Source of the DNA: Cyanobacteria bacterium P01_D01_bin.156
GTDB taxonomy: Bacteria; Cyanobacteriota; Cyanobacteriia; Phormidesmidales; Phormidesmidaceae
Assembly: GCA_039024555.1 (NCBI GenBank)
Contig: JBCCQQ010000006.1
Span: 64,001-128,000 of the forward strand
DNA length: 64,000 bases
Direction of reading: 5' to 3'
The notes beneath the pieces are model-generated. The model worked only from the letters and a program-made list of their open reading frames with translations. It searched no databases and had not been told where the DNA came from. The translations under genes were made by a program, and so were the position numbers. Positions 19,670 through 30,610 of this stretch are shown here, in pieces (within the stretch, counting starts at the first letter, position 1; each line of letters opens with the position of its first letter).

Positions 19670-21548
19670 TAACCAATAACTCTCTTAAACTAGCCTGTAA
19701 TAAGTCTTCTATTTCTTCGACCTGAAACTGCTCGGCCAACTGAAGGATAGGCGCTGCAAAAGATGTATATTTAATATCTTGTGTCACTAATGCATCTAAT
19801 TGTTCTTGAACGGATTTTAAGTCTGCTTGTTGGGCCGCATTTAAAAGTGCTTCGAGAGATGCACTAGATGGTAAAACCACTTCTACTGGCGTTGTCTTTG
19901 ACGATTCAGCACTGTCTTCTACATCATTAAAAATCCAATCTAACTCTAAGTGAGTTTCTAAAATATCCAAGAGTTCACCAACATCTACAGGCTTACTCAG
20001 GAAAGCATCACCTCCTTTTTCTAGAGACAGTTGTTGATCTTCTAATGATACTGATGCTGATGAAACAATTACTTTGCTTTGATGTAAGGCATCTGCACTA
20101 CGAACATGCTGTAGAAACTCAAACCCATCCATCACAGGCATTGCCAGATCAGTAATTACTAAGTCAGGAGAATCTGCAAGGAGCTTTTTCAACCCTTCTT
20201 GTCCATTTTTAGCTTCAATCACATTGAACTGTAGAGGCTCTAATAAATTTTTAACTACAGCTCGATTTTCCCAGCGATCATCCACCACTAGGATCTTCAA
20301 AGTCTCACCTTTATAGCCAATGATGTGTTCATTTTCTGCTCGATTGACCTGTTGAATTGCCCAATCATTTTCTATTGGTAAGTCTACAGAGAAGTAGAAT
20401 TCACTTCCTTGGTTCAACTGGCTTTTGACCTGAATCTCCCCTCCCATCAAGTGGATGATTCTCTGGCTAATGGCTAATCCCAAGCCGGTTCCTTCAGATT
20501 GTTTTTTCCGATCACCGACCTGTTCGAAAGCCTGAAATAATTGAGATATGTCTGATTCAGCAATACCAATACCAGTGTCAATGACTTGAAATAGCAAGGA
20601 TGCCTGTGTGTTTGAGTCTCTCAATACATCAACCCTCAGAGTGATACTGCCATGGGCCGTAAACTTAATGGCGTTTCCTAGTAAATTTATAAGAACTTGG
20701 CGAAGACGTTTTTCATCAGCCTGGATGCCATTGGGTAGACGAGAACTAGGCTGATAAATAAAGTCAAGCCCTTTTTGCTCTGCTCGAATTCGACACATCT
20801 CAACAACGCTTTGAAGTAGAGAAGGGAGATGTAACGCTTTGGGCATCAACTCTAGTTTGCGAGCCTCAATTTTTGAGAGATCTAGAATATCATTGATAAG
20901 GGTTAGCAAATGAGAGCCGCATTGATGAATGACATTTACTCCTTCCCTTTCTTTTTTAGATAATGTTTGGGAACGTCCTAAAATTTGGGCATAGCCTAGG
21001 ATGCCATTTAAGGGCGTACGGAGTTCATGGCTCATGTTAGCCAAGAATTCACTTTTTGCTTGACTTGCTTGATTTGCTGCACTTTCTGCTTCTTTGTAAG
21101 GTGTAATGTCTTGTAAGATACCCACTAAACCAGCAACATTCCCAGAAGTATCATGAAATGGGGCCTTGCTAGTTTCGATCCAAATTTCGTTGCCATCTGC
21201 CAGTTGTTGATGCTCTACAACGCCCAAGTCTGGAGCATTAGCATCCATAACTCGGCGATCTCCTGCCTCACAAATTGGAGCTTCGCCTTCAACCCAGGGC
21301 ATATCGTAATCGGTTTTGCCAACCACCTCTTCAACGCTCATTCCAGCAGCTTTAGCAAAGCTCTGGTTACAGCCCAAATAGACGCTATTGCGATCTTTCC
21401 AAAAAATGGATTGGGGCAAACTATTCGTTAACTGATCTAGCAGTTGGCGCGTTTCAAATAATTGCTGGGTCAGTTTTTCCACTTGTTGTTCAAGTGAAAT
21501 AGCTGCACTGTCTGAAGCTTCGGGATGACTGCTTAAGCTTGGACTCAT
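19662..21548 (-). CDS. PAS-containing hybrid sensor histidine kinase/response regulator
   Basis: PAS (FWKD..YLGCN, GKTDYD), SHELRTPLN, NAIKFT, GTGLGL, REC (ILVVDD, DLAMPVMDG). Confidence 0.93.
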   Translation of the reverse strand: MSPSLSSHPEASDSAAISLEQQVEKLTQQLFETRQLLDQLTNSLPQSIFWKDRNSVYLGCNQSFAKAAGMSVEEVVGKTDYDMPWVEGEAPICEAGDRRVMDANAPDLGVVEHQQLADGNEIWIETSKAPFHDTSGNVAGLVGILQDITPYKEAESAANQASQAKSEFLANMSHELRTPLNGILGYAQILGRSQTLSKKEREGVNVIHQCGSHLLTLINDILDLSKIEARKLELMPKALHLPSLLQSVVEMCRIRAEQKGLDFIYQPSSRLPNGIQADEKRLRQVLINLLGNAIKFTAHGSITLRVDVLRDSNTQASLLFQVIDTGIGIAESDISQLFQAFEQVGDRKKQSEGTGLGLAISQRIIHLMGGEIQVKSQLNQGSEFYFSVDLPIENDWAIQQVNRAENEHIIGYKGETLKILVVDDRWENRAVVKNLLEPLQFNVIEAKNGQEGLKKLLADSPDLVITDLAMPVMDGFEFLQHVRSADALHQSKVIVSSASVSLEDQQLSLEKGGDAFLSKPVDVGELLDILETHLELDWIFNDVEDSAESSKTTPVEVVLPSSASLEALLNAAQQADLKSVQEQLDALVTQDIKYTSFAAPILQLAEQFQVEEIEDLLQASLRELLVNG

Positions 21549-21859
21549 GAGTTTAGAAGATACTTAAATGGAATAAGTGAAATTTGAGTTTGATATCCTT
21601 TCACGATTTCATCAACCGTAGTAGTTGCTTCATGTTCTCAAACCCACATTAATATTCCCTTTTTAGACCCTGACATCTGGGTTTCAATAGATTTCTAAAA
21701 AACTTCTACGACAGAGTAGCCCTAACAAACTGTTACACAAACACTCGCATGACGATTTGTCCAAGACTAGGTATTCACCACAATCGATTACAAAGCAAGA
21801 TTTACAACACGCTTGAAGTGTCTGAGCTATCAGGCCACACGATTCTGTTTAATAATTCT

Positions 21860-21950
21860 GGCGTTGCTGATCCGCAAGATGATTTTATCTGTCATATCTA
21901 GACAACTGTAAGTTCCACAGATCGTTATCATCTCCTAAATCAGCAACAGC
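21860..21950 (-). repeat. 91-bp inverted-repeat element, copy 3 (opposite orientation)
   Basis: GGCGTTGCTGATCCGCAAGATGATTTTATCTG...AAATCAGCAACAGC. Reverse complement aligns with copies 1 and 2. Confidence 0.85.
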
Positions 21951-22037
21951 ATGATTCTTATGTAGCAGGTCGAGTCTAAATAACATTTTGCAGTTACTGT
22001 ATTCCTGCTTTCTTTTAGATAAGAATATTTTGCCAAT

Positions 22038-24068
22038 TTAGCGTTTCATACCCTGGTCATAATCTTCTAAGGGCATCGCTGCAAAATGTTCTTGCAAGGT
22101 TCTGTGCAAAAAGCGAAAGCGACCCCCAATCCGCTGAAGCAACAGACGCTCTGTACAATAATTGAGAAAGTTGACATAGAGATAAGGGAGTTTACCAGAG
22201 CGAGCCAGAACAAAACGGAGGGCATAGTGTCGGAGATACGCTTCACCACCGCCTTGATCTATTGTCTTTAATAAAAGAATGGTCATTAAAATATGGGCAA
22301 TGGCAAAAATCTGTTCCTCATCTAGCTGTGTCCAGCTGATATCCACTAGATTCAGTGCAGATGGAAGCCATATGCGAATAATAACAGCGATAGGAAGTAC
22401 TAAACATATCAGCACTAAAACATTTCTACCTGAGTTAAGAATCCCTTGGTTAGGCTTCACTTGAGTTTGAATATCGGCCTTTAAACTTTCAATCAGGCCC
22501 CAAATTAGTCCCCAAGGTAGGCCTGTTATTAATCCCCAAATTACTCCCCAAAGGATAATTACATAAAATAGACCACCCACCATAAGGCTCAAAGATGCAC
22601 CTGCCACGAGACCTAAAATTAAGCCCAAAACAGTTGCTATGGTTAGTTTCTCTAAAAAGACTTTTAGCACATTGGCTGAAAAACTTATTTTCAGAACTTC
22701 AACAGTATCGATTGGCTTTAAGCTTCGGATTAGCGCCCAGGCCATCCCTAGGCTTAAACTAAACTGCACAAAGACAGCACTAGATGATGTTGCTGCTGGG
22801 CCTAAGATAATGGCTAACGTGACTACTATAATGGCCCCTACAGCCATAATGACCAGTAAACGCATTTGCCACTGGTTACGAGCAGTGGTTAACAACGTTG
22901 GCTGCAGTTTTTCTACTAAAAACTCATCCTGCTCTATTGTCTGGGCAAGCCAAACTAACCATTGCCGTGTCTGTTTCGCTGTCGGCATTTGATTGGGTTT
23001 ATAGTAGTCACTGGCTAACCGACCGTGTAACCGTGAGCTAATGTAAGCATCCAGTAACATTGTCAATCGTTCTTGAGAGGTTGCTGACTTTTGCCAATGG
23101 TTGGGGTCTAGCCTACTGTAGGCTAGCGTTAAAACGCTTAACCATAGAGGAACTGACAGGAGTTCCAAAAGCTCGGATTCTTGACTCACAACATCCCAAA
23201 TTCTTGGATGCCCAGACTGTTGTAGATATTCCCTAACTTGGTCTAATTTTAGGGGTTGTAAGCAAATTGCTCCATTCAACTCCAGTACAGTTGAGTAAGT
23301 CTCATACTCCTGAAGGCGACTACAAATAACAACTTGGTTTGCCCGTTCTTCAGACTTTAACCAGCTATTAATGGCCTTAGCGCAAGGTTCCTGGCGCTGT
23401 GATGTGAGTTCATCTAACCCATCCAACAAGGGTAATAGGTTTTGCTCATCCAGTAACGTTTTACCAATGGTTTCCCTTACGCCATATTTAGTCTTTAGCT
23501 CTTTTACCAACCACTGGGCAATAGGCTGCTTATCATCTTGCCAACTCGATAAATTAAACAATACCGGAATAGGCAGATCCACAGTTTGACCCGCTTGCTC
23601 CACTAATGCCTTAGCCAGCTCTACTAGAGTTGTTGTTTTTCCTGCCCCTGGATGCCCTAGAATCAAAAGCTTGCCAGCAATATCCTCTCGGCAAAATACA
23701 TCCATGATGCTTTTGTCATTGGGAATAGCTTCTGGCTCTCGATTTCCAATCTTGACTTCCGCATCCCATGGGCGGCTCACCTGCTCCGGAGTTTGCTGCT
23801 TTCCTAGTTCGATAAAGATTTGATTATGTAACGACTGTCGCAGGCGGTCTTTAACTTCGTTTTCTACTTGGGCTAGTAGCTGTCTTTCTAAGCGAGGACG
23901 TTTCTCTGGGGACGTTTGTTGAATAACGACAGTACTTGCGAGGACATTGTTGTCGCCAATAATAGCTTGATTACCCTGCCCCTGCACTGTGCGATTACTA
24001 TCGCCCTGCACCACATTGGTGTCTTTTACGGTGGCGTCGTTGATTTCAAACTCGCGATCGGACGGCAT
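22038..24068 (-). CDS. NACHT domain protein with C-terminal multi-TM region
   Basis: GHPGAGKTT, LLDGLDEL, several hydrophobic helices, C-terminal LLQRIGGRFRFLHRTLQEHFA. Confidence 0.9.
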   Translation of the reverse strand: MPSDREFEINDATVKDTNVVQGDSNRTVQGQGNQAIIGDNNVLASTVVIQQTSPEKRPRLERQLLAQVENEVKDRLRQSLHNQIFIELGKQQTPEQVSRPWDAEVKIGNREPEAIPNDKSIMDVFCREDIAGKLLILGHPGAGKTTTLVELAKALVEQAGQTVDLPIPVLFNLSSWQDDKQPIAQWLVKELKTKYGVRETIGKTLLDEQNLLPLLDGLDELTSQRQEPCAKAINSWLKSEERANQVVICSRLQEYETYSTVLELNGAICLQPLKLDQVREYLQQSGHPRIWDVVSQESELLELLSVPLWLSVLTLAYSRLDPNHWQKSATSQERLTMLLDAYISSRLHGRLASDYYKPNQMPTAKQTRQWLVWLAQTIEQDEFLVEKLQPTLLTTARNQWQMRLLVIMAVGAIIVVTLAIILGPAATSSSAVFVQFSLSLGMAWALIRSLKPIDTVEVLKISFSANVLKVFLEKLTIATVLGLILGLVAGASLSLMVGGLFYVIILWGVIWGLITGLPWGLIWGLIESLKADIQTQVKPNQGILNSGRNVLVLICLVLPIAVIIRIWLPSALNLVDISWTQLDEEQIFAIAHILMTILLLKTIDQGGGEAYLRHYALRFVLARSGKLPYLYVNFLNYCTERLLLQRIGGRFRFLHRTLQEHFAAMPLEDYDQGMKR

Positions 24069-24715
24069 GGGGCTAGAGATATTCGTTCTTTTTGTGCGTA
24101 ATCAGTGCTGAGTTAGCTCTTATGAAATAGGAGTTACCCTAACCTATGTCTTACATGGTTAGATTTTCTTTGAAAGATAGAGTTCTTAATCGAATGCGGC
24201 AAGCCAGGTTTTGTATCCTATGAGAATGAGTGCTGTTTGTCAGCATCTTCCATAGCCGTGGGTGTGCGTAGCTATCAATTTTTTGATGTTGCAGATCTTC
24301 AGGATAATTTTAGTTTCTAAAATCTGATCCTTAAAAGCTTCTACAGAATGTTTAATCTCCTAAAGTCAATAACGACCCAATTTTTGGTTGGGTTATTGGA
24401 AGAGGGGGTAGGCAATCTAAGTTGAACTATGGTTGGAAAATGGAATAAGAATTTTCAATATCTCTTCTATCACTGCAGAAACCCATGCTGTGTTTTAAGT
24501 TTAGAACTACTGACCAATAGTTAAAATATGAAAAAAGCTTGTTATTCTAATGAATTGTTCATATCAAAAGTAACATGTACGTAATACCATTTTTTGTATG
24601 GAATATCGGCTTTCTGTACTAAAAAAATACGTAAAACCTCGTGTCCTTCAGAGATTTTTTACCCAATCGAAGATCAGGCCATAGAGACTAGGAATATGTC
24701 AATTATAAAAGCCGT

Positions 24716-24922
24716 ATGTCTATAGAAGAATTTGAGAGGTATTATCGGGAATCGATGAGTAGTGCCCTTAATCAGCTACAACGTATGACACTGTTGTCGT
24801 CAAATTTGCAAGAAACTGTAGATGAGATCAATACTTCCTTGCAAAGACTGAACCAAACAACGGAAGACTTCATCCAGAGTCAGCGCCAAAATTCTGAGGA
24901 TGGGTCTGGTCCTGTATCCTGA
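24716..24922 (+). CDS. Small coiled-coil hypothetical protein
   Basis: 68-aa ORF with ATG start and heptad pattern. The 3' end overlaps the convergent response regulator gene. Confidence 0.55.
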   Translation: MSIEEFERYYRESMSSALNQLQRMTLLSSNLQETVDEINTSLQRLNQTTEDFIQSQRQNSEDGSGPVS

Positions 24923-25335
24923 TTAAGGTTCTCTTGATCAATCGGTGTGGGCGCTACTTTGACTAAGTTTAGAATCTTACTATTGAGTGTAGTTGGCATG
25001 ATGGGCTTAACAAGGTAATCAGACGCTCCAGCTGCGATCGCACGTTGTCGATCTGACTGAAATGCATAGCCGCTTACCACGAGTATCGGTAAGTCTTTAA
25101 ATTTAGGATGGTTGCGAATCGTTTTTATCAGGGTTAAGCCATCAATTCTAGGAAGTTTGATATCCAATAGGACGAGATGGGGCATGAACTCATGCATCAT
25201 TTCCAAGCAGTTATCACCGTCTGCTAAGGGTAAAACTTGATAACCACAGTGTTCTAAAAAGTCTGTAAACAGAACACGATTGCCATAGTCGTCCTCAATT
25301 AGCAAAATGCGGCGTTGCTCTTCTGGAAAGTTCAT
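24880..25335 (-). CDS. Single-domain response regulator (DivK/CheY-like)
   Basis: ILLIEDD, VLLDIKLPRIDG, KP motifs. Confidence 0.9.
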   Translation of the reverse strand: MNFPEEQRRILLIEDDYGNRVLFTDFLEHCGYQVLPLADGDNCLEMMHEFMPHLVLLDIKLPRIDGLTLIKTIRNHPKFKDLPILVVSGYAFQSDRQRAIAAGASDYLVKPIMPTTLNSKILNLVKVAPTPIDQENLNQDTGPDPSSEFWR

Positions 25336-25680
25336 AGACGACCGCAGGGTACGGGGGCATTGGAAGATATGTAGAGTGGAAAAATAAATATTCCACTGGC
25401 TTCGGGAAGGTTACGCTTACTGACTCAGGGTGTCTTTGCCTGGATAGAAAATGCCCGTATTCTAAGTGGATGCTGTTGTACGGGGAACACGTTACACATA
25501 GATAATAATGCTATGTGCATATTCTCTATCCTATAGACCATGCCTCTGGCCGACAACCTAATGGTGAATCTTGATGGAAAAAGCTATCAAATTTGGTGCT
25601 TAATGTTCGAATGTGTGGATAAAACGACGCTATCACATATAAAGCTTTTTCCAATGTCAGTATGGTAACGTTTTCAACGT

Positions 25681-26853
25681 TTAATGGTAGTTTTTGATAA
25701 ATTCCATAATCTTTTGAGCGGCATTTTCGAGTACGTTGGGGGGCTGCACCAGAGCAAAGCGCACATATCCTTCACCACATTTTCCGAATCCTCGACCAGG
25801 CGCTAGCGCAATACCTGTTGCTTCTACCAAGTTGACACAGAAGTCGATGGAGTTGTGAAAGCCTTCTGGTAGCCTAGCCCAAAGGTACATGGTGGCGGCA
25901 GGGCTAGGGACAGACCAGCCATAGTCATTTAAGGCACTGACCATAGCATCGCGACGGGTTTGAAATGTTTTGACGGTGGTTTGTACACAGTCCTGAGGAC
26001 CTTCGAGGGCTGCGATCGCACCCTGTAAAATTCCTTGATATTGGTTAAAGTCCACCGTAGCTTTCACCTGCCGCAACGCCAGAATGAGCTCTCGGTTACC
26101 AATGGCATAGGCAATCCGAAAACCACCCATGTTGTAAGCCTTGGAAAAGCTAAAAAACTCAATAGAGCAAGTTTTATCAGGATCAGCCTGGAGTACAGAA
26201 GGTGCAGGCTGGCCATCGAAGCAATGATCGGCATAGGGAAAGTCGTGGGCCAGCACCAAATTATGGCGCTGACAAAAGGCCACTGTCTGTTTCAAAAAGT
26301 CTAGGGAGGCTATTCCCGTCGTTGGGTTGTGGGGATAGCTCAGCACCATTAGCCGTGCCTGCTCTAGAACCGCCATTGGAATATCATCTAAAACAGGCAA
26401 AAAGTTGTTTTCCGCCAGCAGTGGCATGGCATAAATTTGCCCATTGGCCAGGTGAATCCCCCCGGCATGGGAGGGATAGCAGGGATCCGTCAGTAGGGCA
26501 AAATCCCCAGGGTCTAAAATGGCCAGGGGCAAATGGGCAGTGCCTTCCTGGGAGCCAATGAGGGGCAGTACCTCTGTTTCTGGATCAACGACAATGCCAA
26601 ACTTTTGGGTGTACCAGCGGGCGGCAGCCTGACGAAACGAACGGGTGCTTTCAAACAGGTTATAGCCATGGGTAGCCGGATCGCGTAGGGCGACTGCGAT
26701 CGCATCTAGCACATGCTTGGGTGTATCTAAATCCGAAGAGCCCAGGGATAACTCCACCACCGTTTTACCCGCTGCCCGCGCCCGTGCCTTGGCTCGATCC
26801 ATATCGGCAAAAACATTGGTCTGGAGCGGCGCAAGGCGAGCGGCGAATTGCAT
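25681..26853 (-). CDS. PLP-dependent class I/II aminotransferase (LL-diaminopimelate aminotransferase-like)
   Basis: GSQEG, YPHNPT, HDFPY and SFSKAYNMGGFRI (PLP-binding lysine). Confidence 0.88.
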   Translation of the reverse strand: MQFAARLAPLQTNVFADMDRAKARARAAGKTVVELSLGSSDLDTPKHVLDAIAVALRDPATHGYNLFESTRSFRQAAARWYTQKFGIVVDPETEVLPLIGSQEGTAHLPLAILDPGDFALLTDPCYPSHAGGIHLANGQIYAMPLLAENNFLPVLDDIPMAVLEQARLMVLSYPHNPTTGIASLDFLKQTVAFCQRHNLVLAHDFPYADHCFDGQPAPSVLQADPDKTCSIEFFSFSKAYNMGGFRIAYAIGNRELILALRQVKATVDFNQYQGILQGAIAALEGPQDCVQTTVKTFQTRRDAMVSALNDYGWSVPSPAATMYLWARLPEGFHNSIDFCVNLVEATGIALAPGRGFGKCGEGYVRFALVQPPNVLENAAQKIMEFIKNYH

Positions 26854-26961
26854 TTGGTTCAGGTTAATAGGGAATGGGCAGCAGAGCTCGACACCAGACT
26901 ATTTGCAGTGAAGAGTGCTCATAAATTGTAACCCCGCTCCCTATTGCCCAGTGGGCCGTGT

Positions 26962-27735
26962 CTACAGATTATCCAACTCTCGTTTGAGGGCTTCTAGTTC
27001 TGCATCAACTGCGGTGTTCACAGGGGCATCCACAGGCTGAGTATCGGCTGGGGGGAGAGCTTCCTGGCCGACAGAACCACCGCTGAGCTGAGCTTTCATG
27101 GCAGCTAGCTCAGATTCCACATCGCTACCGGCCTCTAGGCTCACAAACTGACTTTCTAAATCAGCACCCGCCAATTCTGCAGCAGCCTGCCCACGAGCCT
27201 CCATCTCTAGAATCTTTTCTTCCATGCGCTCAAAGGCACCGACAGAGCTATTGGTGCTGAGGTTGCCCACGGTATTTTGTAGCTTTTCGTTGGCCTTCGC
27301 TGCACTGGCGCGGGCCTTGAGCATGTCTTTCTTGGTTTTATATTCAGAAATCTTGCTCTCTAGACCAATGAGGTTGCGCTTTAGGGTGTCCACCGAGTTA
27401 CTCTGCTGGTCTAGCTGGGTCTTGAGCGCAGCAGCAGTTTCAGCATGGTTTTTCTTACGGACGAGGGCCTGACGGGCCAGCTCTTCTTCACCTTTTTCTA
27501 AGGCTAGCTTTGCCCGCTGGGTCCAGTGGCTAGCTTCGGACTGGGCTTTTTCATACTGTCGCTCGACTTTCTTTTGACTCGCGATCGCACCTGCCACAGC
27601 TTGACGCATCTGAGCCAGATCCTCCCTCATATCCTCGATACTTTGCTCAAGAATCTTTTCAGGATCTTCGGCCTTGCTTATAGCATCATTAACATTGGCG
27701 CGGATAAGTCGGCTAACGCGATCAAATAACCCCAT
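26962..27735 (-). CDS. vipp1: PspA/IM30 family protein Vipp1
   Basis: MGLFDRVSRLIRAN, EDPEKILEQ, AFERMEEK and the Vipp1 C-terminal extension VDAELEALKRELDNL. Start taken at ATG 27735. Confidence 0.92.
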   Translation of the reverse strand: MGLFDRVSRLIRANVNDAISKAEDPEKILEQSIEDMREDLAQMRQAVAGAIASQKKVERQYEKAQSEASHWTQRAKLALEKGEEELARQALVRKKNHAETAAALKTQLDQQSNSVDTLKRNLIGLESKISEYKTKKDMLKARASAAKANEKLQNTVGNLSTNSSVGAFERMEEKILEMEARGQAAAELAGADLESQFVSLEAGSDVESELAAMKAQLSGGSVGQEALPPADTQPVDAPVNTAVDAELEALKRELDNL

Positions 27736-28130
27736 TGGTCTTTCTTGTCCTTGATGAGTTTGTAGTTGAGCGGTTCGAGAGCTGGCTATATTCTCGACAT
27801 AGCACCTGACGGTGCCTAGCGCTTTAGTTTTAGCATAGGTTGCCAAATCCCAAAGCTATAGAAACACGTCCATACACATCTTCTAGAATCTCTAAAGAAA
27901 TGATGTTGCGGCTGGTTCCACTACAAAATTTTAGATCTGAACCACAAATATGGTTGCCAAACCACCGCAGATTTAATAGCGCACAGGCGAGTCCTGTCCG
28001 ACACATATTTTTTGATGAATGCGTGGGCATACTAGCCCTAACCAGGCGCCAGTAGGCTAACTACCGTCCCTAATCCACAGGGTGACGACAAGCAACACCG
28101 ATTACATTCAGCTGCCAATAAAATAAATAG

Positions 28131-30497
28131 ATGTACTTGTATTTTCTTAGATATCGTCTTGGGTCAAGATTATCCGCCGTGACAGCGCTTCTTCCCAACC
28201 GAATTAAACGACAGTTGGGCTGGGTAGTACTCAGTTTGTTTTTGGCTCTGGGTTGGTCATTGTTGGGAGGATTACACCCCGCATTGGCCCATCGTCCCCA
28301 CGATGTGGTCACTCAAATCAAACTATCTCCTGTCTACAGTCAGGACCAAACAGCCTACGCCCTAGTACGTGGCAACCTATTCAAAACCGAAGATGGTGGA
28401 GATAACTGGCGGCGTTTGGTGCAGGGTCTCGATACCCTCAAACCATTTTCTTCATTGACTGTGAATCAATCTGGCAAACTGGTTTTGGGGACCCAGGGAG
28501 ATGGTATCTACCTATCCAGTGATAACGGTGAAACCTGGCAGCGCTCGAATCAGGGATTGGGCACCTTGGACATTAGCTTGGTGTATGTGCTCAACAATTC
28601 TCAAGTGATGCTGGCAGCAGGAACAGCAGGGGGGCTATTCCGCAGCGTAGATAGTGGTCAAACCTGGGCAGCGGTGGTAGACGCTAGTCAAGAATTTTCC
28701 ACACTGGACGAAGCCGATGGCACCCTGTGGGCTGGGGATGTAACGGGACAATTACTAAAATCTGAAGACAGCGGTCAAAGCTGGCAGTCTGTTGTAACCA
28801 TAGTGGATGCCCCCATTAATGCATTAAGCGCCACGAGTCAGGTGGTTTATGTGGCTACGGCATCTAAAGGCGTGTTTCGTTTAGACTCCCAAACCTTAGA
28901 AGTGGTGGAGCTGAACAAAGGGTTAGACGATCTGCGAATTCAGGATGTTCAAACCTTGCCCGGAGATACCCGTGGAGTGATGATTTCCAGCTGGGACCGA
29001 GGCATTTCCATGTCCTTAGATAGCGGTGCAACCTGGACAGACTATCCCAAGGGCTTGCTGAAGGATAAGCAGGCGGATGAATTTGAAACCCATCACTTTG
29101 AAGAAATTGCCCTGTCAGATAATTTTGCAGAGGACAAAACAGCTTTCCTAGGTGGCTTTAATGGTTTATATAAGTCCACCCAGGGAGGACAGCAATGGCA
29201 GGAGATGGAAACCCTGGCTCGGGGGGTGGTGGTGTCCATGGCTGTGTCTCCCAACTACGCGGAAGATGGCACCCTGGCCCTCAATACCTATGTGGGCAAA
29301 ACGATGATGAGTCGCGACCAGGGGCAAACCTGGGAACTCACCATGCAGGGGGCTGAAGTGCCTAGACTGAATCGTAGTTTTGCACCGTCCTATCAAGATC
29401 CACGACGTTTTTTTGATATTGCTTTTTCTCCGGATTACGCCACCGATAAAACATTATTCTCGTCAGGATTGTGGACAAAGTTCTTACGGTCCACAAATGG
29501 GGGACAATCCTGGTCAATCCATGCCTTGGGTACCGAGGCGCGGGGTCTCACTCTGTTGGTATCGCCTAACTTTAGCCGAGATAAAACTCTCTTTGTCGGC
29601 ACCCAAAAAGGACTCCTCTTTCGCTCTACTAATGGTGGAAAAACGTTAGAGAAATTACCCCAGTTGCCCTGGGAACGGGGGAATGACAGCCCTTCTATGG
29701 TGATTTCACCCGCCTTTGCAGAGGATAAAACCCTGTATACGGTCGCAGAGACTGGCGTATACAGATCGAGGGATGCGGGAGACTCCTGGGAATCAGTGAC
29801 GGAAGCTACCCCCATTGCAGATGCCTGGAATCTCCATATTGAAATTTCGCCAAGTTATCCCCAAGACAAAACGCTGTACGTTAGTAGCCACGATGGGTTG
29901 TTTAAATCTACCAACGCCGGAGATAGCTGGCAGCAGGTGGCAATCGCAGATGTGGAGCCGGAACGTACCTTTCTAGAGGGTGTGGCCCTGTCCCCCAATT
30001 ATGCTAAGGATGGCACAGTACTTGTGAGTCTGCGGGGTAAAGGTCTGTACAAAAGTGTGGATAAGGGAGCGAACTTTGCACCCATCGGCGATGCTAGCCT
30101 CGCTTTTTCCCGAATGTACAACGTACCCTGTGCTGGTCGCCCCATTGAGTTTTCACCCAACTATGCAGAAGACAGCACTATTTTTGGCTTTGGTACTGCT
30201 TCAACAGATATTTATCGTTCCACTGATGGTGGTGCAACCTGGGAAATTTTTGAGGCACCGGATGTGGAGCCCCCTGTTGAGGTAAGTGGTGTCCAGCGGC
30301 TGATCATTGCGGCCGAACTCTACCGCGGCAGAATGCTCAAACTACTTTTGGCGGCGATTGCTGCGATAGTTGCCTATTTTGTTGTAGGGATGTTGCGTTT
30401 GGACAAGGCTCTAAAACTCAATCAGCCGCTGTTGCAAGGGGGAGCTGCCCTAACCACGTTTGCTGTTGCCCTAGTTGTTGTTCTTAAAGTGCTTTGA
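28131..30497 (+). CDS. BNR/Asp-box repeat beta-propeller protein, membrane anchored
   Basis: Signal peptide ending ALA-H. Repeated S-x-D/N-x-G-x-T/S-W and SP-N-Y/F-x-x-D motifs. Two C-terminal TM helices. Start codon uncertain. Confidence 0.8.
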   Translation: MYLYFLRYRLGSRLSAVTALLPNRIKRQLGWVVLSLFLALGWSLLGGLHPALAHRPHDVVTQIKLSPVYSQDQTAYALVRGNLFKTEDGGDNWRRLVQGLDTLKPFSSLTVNQSGKLVLGTQGDGIYLSSDNGETWQRSNQGLGTLDISLVYVLNNSQVMLAAGTAGGLFRSVDSGQTWAAVVDASQEFSTLDEADGTLWAGDVTGQLLKSEDSGQSWQSVVTIVDAPINALSATSQVVYVATASKGVFRLDSQTLEVVELNKGLDDLRIQDVQTLPGDTRGVMISSWDRGISMSLDSGATWTDYPKGLLKDKQADEFETHHFEEIALSDNFAEDKTAFLGGFNGLYKSTQGGQQWQEMETLARGVVVSMAVSPNYAEDGTLALNTYVGKTMMSRDQGQTWELTMQGAEVPRLNRSFAPSYQDPRRFFDIAFSPDYATDKTLFSSGLWTKFLRSTNGGQSWSIHALGTEARGLTLLVSPNFSRDKTLFVGTQKGLLFRSTNGGKTLEKLPQLPWERGNDSPSMVISPAFAEDKTLYTVAETGVYRSRDAGDSWESVTEATPIADAWNLHIEISPSYPQDKTLYVSSHDGLFKSTNAGDSWQQVAIADVEPERTFLEGVALSPNYAKDGTVLVSLRGKGLYKSVDKGANFAPIGDASLAFSRMYNVPCAGRPIEFSPNYAEDSTIFGFGTASTDIYRSTDGGATWEIFEAPDVEPPVEVSGVQRLIIAAELYRGRMLKLLLAAIAAIVAYFVVGMLRLDKALKLNQPLLQGGAALTTFAVALVVVLKVL

Positions 30498-30523
30498 AGC
30501 TCAGGTGGGTGAACCATCCTAGA

Positions 30524-30564
30524 AGCAACACATCGTAAGACCATGGTTTTACAGATGTGTTGCT
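30524..30564. terminator. Hairpin between convergent genes
   Basis: AGCAACACATC...GATGTGTTGCT inverted repeat. Confidence 0.55.
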
Positions 30565-30610
30565 AGACCGTGCGTCTTCTATAACCAACAATAGTCTCTT
30601 AGTTTTGTGA

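Noticed and set aside
27736..27846. N-terminal extensions given by the ORF track (vipp1, flotillins, holB, EF-G paralogue, hpsB, rpmB)
   Set aside because: Family-typical N-termini and ribosome-binding sites point to downstream ATG starts.
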